Virus record (IMG/VR): IMGVR_UViG_3300038393_001141
Direction: 5' to 3' (one strand)
DNA: 20,000 bases
Origin: an uncultured virus (IMG/VR IMGVR_UViG_3300038393_001141)
Taxonomy: Duplodnaviria > Heunggongvirae > Uroviricota > Caudoviricetes
The position numbers and the translations under genes are program-made. The notes under the pieces are model-generated. The model had not been told where the DNA came from. It saw only the letters and a program-made list of their open reading frames with translations, and did no database searches. Positions 16,089-20,000 of this stretch are shown here, piece after piece (positions within the stretch are counted from its first letter, which is position 1; every line of letters begins with the position of its first letter).

Positions 16089-17986
16089 CCCACAAACTCC
16101 TTCAATTCCGACCACCGTTTTCCGGTCTTACAATCCCACGGCATGGGAACAGGTGGTGTAAAACCCCATGCTTTTGTGTATGGTAAATTGTCTAGTATTT
16201 TCTTGCCTTCTACTGCGAATTGTTCTACTTTTTCGTCTGGTACTACGCTATACAATCCGTCGTGTAATTCGAACCAAAGGTGCCCGCCAAACTTCGTTAG
16301 AAGTGGCTTTAAGCACATACATGCCAGGTACTTCTGGTCTGCTCCAACCCCTTGAATGGGATAGTTGATTGCAGTGCTCTCAACAGCCCAGCTGCTTCGG
16401 TGCCTTTCACTCTCCAGACTCACCCTTCGACCAGCCAAGGTCTCTACGTATCCTTGCTTTACTGACTTGGTAATCTGTCTTGTCCAATACTTCTGTATTT
16501 CTGTGTACGTTGACAAGTATACACTCTTTACATTTGCAATGAAAGGTTCTCGTACATCCAAGTTGTAATTCACTCTTGCTTTTGCTGTTGCACTCTTCGC
16601 TGATATTCTGTATTGGAATGATAAATTCGCAAACTTTCCTAGATTTCTGTCTAGTTTTGCCTTCTTTTTTCCTGACTTGACTTCCGCAAGGAACTCCTTG
16701 TAATCCATCTGAACAATCCTGGAACCCATGTAAGAGTGCGGGTCCTCCCCGGGAAGGCACAGCTGCAGCATGGTTTCATCTCCGGACTCGACGGCCATCC
16801 ACCTAAACTCCTGGCCCGCGGCGTCAAACTCAACGATCGAACACCCAGGTGGGGGAACGATCATCTTCCTGAAGAACTTATCCAGTTTCCCGCCTTTGTC
16901 GCCCTTCATCTGGTGTAGCGGTATTCCTACCGGAACCGCTTTTTTCCCTTTGCCTTGTTTACTCGCGAAAGTGAGCCTGCCCGTGTATGTCCCGAAAACA
17001 CGAGCTACCGGCCTTGTGCATCCGTCACCGTTGTACTTGACAGAATCAAGTGTCCCATCCGCGAACTTGTTTTGATTGCCAATAGCTTCCCGGTACCGGC
17101 GAACAGACTCAGCCCGCGGGTCTTCAATAGTGGTAAACAGCTCGTGAAGGGATTCCTTGTCGGTGCTAGGCTGCCCCTTGGCTGTGGTCTTGATCACCGG
17201 CAACCCCCAGTCCTCGAACAAGAGCTTGGATAGCTGAGCAGGGGAGGCAAGTATTTCCGGAGTGGCACCGTGGGGCTCTAGGTCATCCAGGTGCTTGAAC
17301 TTCTCAGCATCCAGCATCCGATACAAATCCTCAGCGGCCTTCACATCCACGTTCAACCCGCGTACTATGGTCCCTGCTATCATGGGGACACACTGCGCTT
17401 CAATTAATGCAGCACGCAAACGAGCAGGGTTTTCCGAGAGTTCGTTGTAGAACTTCTCGGCCAGCATGAAGGTAAAGATCGCGTCCTTCTTGTTGTAAGC
17501 AAGCCGCTTGGCCACTACCTCTGGGTCGTCGCTGTGAAAGTCGATATCCTCTTCGTACCCTGCATGCTGTGGGTAGAACTCAGCAACGGCTGACTTTAGG
17601 TCATAAGCCTTCTTCTTGCCGGCGGATTTCTCGTACTCTGGAGTAACGGTTAGGTGCTTCCATAGGAGCATGGCGTCCAGCCACTTGCACTTCATAACCA
17701 GGTCTTCCAAACCCATGGCGATCAACCAGGCAGCATCAAACGGTGCGTTCCAGGCTATGATGGTTAGGTTGTGGTCAAGGCAGTGCTGTAGAAAATTGCC
17801 TAGCTGCAGTTTGTTCGGAGTCGGGTGTGCCTCCGACTGTAGCTTCTCGTCCCAGTCCGCAATAGCAAACGAGCTCACAAACGCCTCATCCTTCAACACC
17901 CGGAATGGTTGCAGGGCATACTCCGGATTTACCTTGCTACTGGTTTCCACGTCAAAACTGACGTGCTTCGATCGATCAAACTTCAT
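16085..17986 (-). CDS. Phage family A DNA polymerase with 3'-5' exonuclease domain (633 aa)
   Basis: ExoI FDVET, ExoII WNAPFD, ExoIII YNKKD; SPAQL, STDKE, TYTGRL; motif A EFDAAGQEFR, motif B RNLGKFANLSFQY, INYPIQG, motif C ELHDG. Confidence 0.93.
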   Translation of the reverse strand: MKFDRSKHVSFDVETSSKVNPEYALQPFRVLKDEAFVSSFAIADWDEKLQSEAHPTPNKLQLGNFLQHCLDHNLTIIAWNAPFDAAWLIAMGLEDLVMKCKWLDAMLLWKHLTVTPEYEKSAGKKKAYDLKSAVAEFYPQHAGYEEDIDFHSDDPEVVAKRLAYNKKDAIFTFMLAEKFYNELSENPARLRAALIEAQCVPMIAGTIVRGLNVDVKAAEDLYRMLDAEKFKHLDDLEPHGATPEILASPAQLSKLLFEDWGLPVIKTTAKGQPSTDKESLHELFTTIEDPRAESVRRYREAIGNQNKFADGTLDSVKYNGDGCTRPVARVFGTYTGRLTFASKQGKGKKAVPVGIPLHQMKGDKGGKLDKFFRKMIVPPPGCSIVEFDAAGQEFRWMAVESGDETMLQLCLPGEDPHSYMGSRIVQMDYKEFLAEVKSGKKKAKLDRNLGKFANLSFQYRISAKSATAKARVNYNLDVREPFIANVKSVYLSTYTEIQKYWTRQITKSVKQGYVETLAGRRVSLESERHRSSWAVESTAINYPIQGVGADQKYLACMCLKPLLTKFGGHLWFELHDGLYSVVPDEKVEQFAVEGKKILDNLPYTKAWGFTPPVPMPWDCKTGKRWSELKEFVG

Positions 17987-18069
17987 CTAAAACTCCTCAT
18001 CCGTGCGATCAGGTAGGTGACACACCCGGTCTCAATTGCACAGCACGTCAAATACAAAGCAAGAAACAT
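17983..18069 (-). CDS. Small hydrophobic peptide (28 aa, MFLALYLTCCAIETGCVTYLIARMRSFR), not in ORF track
   Basis: Hand translation; GGAGGG RBS; TAATG overlap upstream and ATGA overlap with the polymerase start. Confidence 0.55.
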   Translation of the reverse strand: MFLALYLTCCAIETGCVTYLIARMRSFR

Positions 18070-18380
18070 TAACCCTCCAGATTTATTTGAGCCATGCCAG
18101 CCATGATCTCCGATCCAACAGCTGAGGCATCTTCAGCGTCTCTTCTTACATGCAGGCGATTTGAGTACATATCGATCTCATACCCACCTTCTTCCGTGGG
18201 GAATATCCTCACTGATATGTTTTCCCAGCACTCGTCATCTTCTTCCTGATTGGCGGGGTTTCCAGGGTGTGTGCACGATCCGCACGGCGCCACGTTGAAA
18301 CAAGAGCAGTTACCTTCACCGTAGTGCTCATCAAACGCTGCTCGCCTAACCGCGGCGTCTTCAGTAAGTATCCTTCCCAT
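18069..18380 (-). CDS. Hypothetical Cys-motif protein (103 aa; CSC-x4-PC-x2-C)
   Basis: GGAGGG RBS; NCSCFNVAPCGSC metal-binding-like motif; ends in INLEG. Confidence 0.75.
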   Translation of the reverse strand: MGRILTEDAAVRRAAFDEHYGEGNCSCFNVAPCGSCTHPGNPANQEEDDECWENISVRIFPTEEGGYEIDMYSNRLHVRRDAEDASAVGSEIMAGMAQINLEG

Positions 18381-18587
18381 CTAACCCTCCAACAAAACCA
18401 TTGCCTGGATTATTACCTTGGCCTCTTCAACGTCTTGACTCGGGGCTTTCTTCCACTGATGATGTTCACTGCTCCACATGAGTACACCATTGCTTTTTCC
18501 TCTCACGGTGTACGCCAGAATCTTGGTATCCGAACATAAATCCCAGCTATCAGTGAAACCCGGGTCCTTGGTCCATTCAAGCTCCAT
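18381..18587 (-). CDS. Small 'LEG' paralog 3 (68 aa)
   Basis: MELEWTK...VEEAKVIIQAMVLLEG; TAG directly followed by the next ATG. Confidence 0.85.
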   Translation of the reverse strand: MELEWTKDPGFTDSWDLCSDTKILAYTVRGKSNGVLMWSSEHHQWKKAPSQDVEEAKVIIQAMVLLEG

Positions 18588-18800
18588 CTAACCCTCCAAC
18601 ATGATCATGGCTTCAACGACGGACCTAGCTTCCTCAACAGTGAGCCCGGGCAACGGCAAGTCATCTTTCCAACCTAGGTCATTAAGCTCGCACCACTCCA
18701 GACCTTCGGCCCAACCGAGGCCCATCAGAAACCCCCTGTATTTTCCGTCTACATACAGAGTTTTGGCCTTGTGTTGGGATTTCGTCCACTCAAACACCAT
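18588..18800 (-). CDS. Small 'LEG' paralog 2 (70 aa)
   Basis: MVFEWTK...LTVEEARSVVEAMIMLEG. Confidence 0.85.
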   Translation of the reverse strand: MVFEWTKSQHKAKTLYVDGKYRGFLMGLGWAEGLEWCELNDLGWKDDLPLPGLTVEEARSVVEAMIMLEG

Positions 18801-19022
18801 CTAACCCTCCAACAGAACCATTGCTTTAATAGCCTTCTTAGCCTCGTCGAGCGTAAGGTCTGGTATCTCCAAATTGTCTCGCTCGCTCATCCAAACCCAA
18901 GTCAGAGGTTCTAGGGTTTTATCTCTTATATACCCCACCATCGTATCTCCAGCATCATCTGAGTCGTGCAGATTCAAATCTTCTCTGCCTCTAAAATTGT
19001 GTTTTCGCCATCTAAGTCTCAT
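18801..19022 (-). CDS. Small 'LEG' paralog 1 (73 aa)
   Basis: MRLRWRK...LTLDEAKKAIKAMVLLEG; GAGG RBS. Confidence 0.85.
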   Translation of the reverse strand: MRLRWRKHNFRGREDLNLHDSDDAGDTMVGYIRDKTLEPLTWVWMSERDNLEIPDLTLDEAKKAIKAMVLLEG

Positions 19023-19156
19023 TCAAGAATCCTCTAATTAAGCTTGTAGCTATGCAAACAGCATACCTATCGGACGCAAAATCTTTTTCGCCATGCCTTG
19101 GAGAAGCGCATGGATTCTAGGTATACTTTCTAGGAATGGCGAAACAAAAAACGAGG

Positions 19157-19169
19157 TAAGCTATTGATT
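19157..19169 (-). promoter_or_regulatory. IHF consensus site (left arm)
   Basis: Reverse complement AATCAATAGCTTA matches WATCAANNNNTTR exactly. Confidence 0.75.
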
Positions 19170-19182
19170 GGAAAGGGAATAA

Positions 19183-19233
19183 CAGCGGCCTGCAAAGCCG
19201 TCTACGCCGGTTCGATTCCGACCCCCGCCTCCA
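19183..19233 (+). pseudogene. 3' fragment of tRNA-Cys(GCA), serving as att core
   Basis: Anticodon arm GCGGC-CTGCAAA-GCCGT (GCA at 19192-19194), T-arm GCCGG-TTCGATT-CCGAC, acceptor 3' strand CCCCGCC-T-CCA. The 5' acceptor strand and D-arm are absent. Confidence 0.92.
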
Positions 19234-19236
19234 TAA

Positions 19237-19249
19237 AATCAATGACTTA
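19237..19249 (+). promoter_or_regulatory. IHF consensus site (right arm)
   Basis: AATCAATGACTTA matches WATCAANNNNTTR exactly. Confidence 0.75.
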
Positions 19250-19301
19250 CAGTGCAAGTTGTCATAAAGTTTTTCGCCATTATTTAAGTTTTTCGCCATA
19301 A

Positions 19302-20000
19302 TCACGATTTTTCTCTTTTGTCATATCCTGACTTCAAAACCGGCGACACTTTCTCACCGACTCTAGCCCTTACATATTTGGCGGTCATCGACTCTGTTGA
19401 GTGGCCCAATAGCTTCCTGGCTGTTGCCATGCTGGCCATGTCGGACGCGCTCTTGGCACGAAGGTCCCTGAACTGAAACCGAACAAACTCTACACCCAGT
19501 TCTGCAGCTCGCTTCTCGGCTTTATCCCGGGCCAGGTCGAACTGGCTGCGGAAGTACCCTGATTGCTTCAGCTTCTGTCCCTTAGGATCGGACAGCAAAG
19601 TCATCCCCACAATACCCCTGGATTTGATCCTATCCATCAATGCAGCCAGCTCACCTACAACATCTATCTGCAGCTTAACTTTTCCTTTTCCCTGCTCGAC
19701 CCAAACAGCACCATCTCGCACCTGGTCCCACCGCATTTTCAGTACATCCGCAGGTCTCTGACCGGTTAGGTACGCAAGGTCTATCGCATCCTGGATGATC
19801 GGTGACGCACAGCTGTATACCAACGCAAGCATCTCGTCGGTCACGTAAATATCCCGGCACTCGGTAACCTTCATCTGCCGTGTGGTGCCTGCTACTGGAT
19901 TGGCCGCCATCATATACCCGCGGGCCCGGGCCCAATTGAACATAACAGAGAGGAATTTCACCTCCTTCTTCGCGGATACTTTTGATGGCCGGCTATCGAA
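19302..20000 (-). CDS. int: Tyrosine recombinase/phage integrase, C-terminal catalytic part (5' outside the window)
   Basis: LTGQRPAD (R), QGK (K), FRDLRAK (RxxR variant of HxxR), LLGH, TAKY (Y). Frame stays open from 19961 to the window end (FDSRPSKVSAKKE). Confidence 0.93.
   Translation of the reverse strand, partial: FDSRPSKVSAKKEVKFLSVMFNWARARGYMMAANPVAGTTRQMKVTECRDIYVTDEMLALVYSCASPIIQDAIDLAYLTGQRPADVLKMRWDQVRDGAVWVEQGKGKVKLQIDVVGELAALMDRIKSRGIVGMTLLSDPKGQKLKQSGYFRSQFDLARDKAEKRAAELGVEFVRFQFRDLRAKSASDMASMATARKLLGHSTESMTAKYVRARVGEKVSPVLKSGYDKREKS

Larger units (their letters stand above)
18377..18814. repeat. Three exact 18-bp direct repeats CCATCTAACCCTCCAACA at gene junctions
   Basis: 18377-18394, 18584-18601 and 18797-18814 (periods 207 and 213 bp); degenerate fourth copy CATTAACCCTCCA at 18067-18079. 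Confidence 0.95.
19085..19299. other. attP region with arm-type repeats (TTTTCGCCAT) around the tRNA core
   Basis: TTTTCGCCAT at 19085-19094; inverted ATGGCGAAA at 19136-19144; tandem AAGTTTTTCGCCAT at 19267-19280 and 19286-19299; a further copy at 19002-19011 inside paralog 1. Confidence 0.85.
1..20000. mobile_element. Temperate bacteriophage genome segment (virion gene, replication module, attP, integrase), probably excised/circular form
   Basis: All recognisable genes are phage-type and densely packed with ATGA/TGATG overlaps. A partial tRNA core has phage genes on both sides. No host housekeeping genes. Confidence 0.93.

Noticed and set aside
16085..17986. Intron or intein in the polymerase, or HNH as intron-encoded
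   Set aside because: The polymerase is a continuous 633-aa ORF with normal motif spacing; the HNH gene is free-standing.
18377..18814. Integron cassette array (repeat contains GTTAGAT, matching GTTRRRY, near a tyrosine recombinase)
   Set aside because: No RYYYAAC inverse core or attC palindrome seen, no intergenic space, and the integrase looks like a tRNA-targeting phage Int with its own attP.
18377..18814. CRISPR array, given the Cas4-like gene nearby
   Set aside because: Repeats are 18 bp with about 190-bp protein-coding intervals. Stand-alone Cas4-like nucleases are common in phage replication modules, and no other cas genes are present.
19183..19233. Functional tRNA-Cys gene
   Set aside because: The 5' acceptor strand and D-arm are missing; upstream sequence cannot pair with CCCCGCC.
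19117..19305. 62-aa ORF (MIMAKN...WRRGSESNRRRRLCRP)
   Set aside because: Typical antisense translation of a tRNA sequence plus att arms.
19455..19475. Inactive integrase because HxxR reads RDLR
   Set aside because: RxxR is a recognised variant in phage integrases, the other catalytic residues are intact, and attP is well preserved.
6450..19769. + strand ORFs opposite the replication operon and integrase, including 10251-10454
   Set aside because: Antisense shadows of well-supported - strand genes or of the C4-like RNA.

Overview
The whole window is a segment of a temperate, probably podovirus-like dsDNA phage, apparently in its excised (attP-containing) form. Left (+ strand): the end of a virion-region gene and a 1959-aa PLxRFG-motif protein, probably an internal virion/ejection protein. 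A convergent, tightly coupled - strand early/replication operon follows: AEP primase-DUF927-like helicase, HTH regulator, SSB-like protein, SNF2-like helicase, HNH, VRR-NUC, Cas4-like exonuclease, family A DNA polymerase and many small ORFs, five of them below the ORF-track cutoff. Right: a lambda-style attP (3' two-thirds of tRNA-Cys(GCA), two IHF consensus sites, repeated arm-type motif) and the C-terminal part of a tyrosine integrase. Most notable: (1) a C4-like structured RNA (10079-10305, -) with about 170 nt of extra multi-stem insert; (2) a head-to-tail array of small paralogous '...LEG*' genes joined by an exact 18-bp repeat next to attP; (3) a PolA with atypical motifs A/B/C and a GC-content break inside the catalytic domain; (4) candidate promoters overlapping the attP arm. 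All family calls rest on motifs read by eye; no searches were run.
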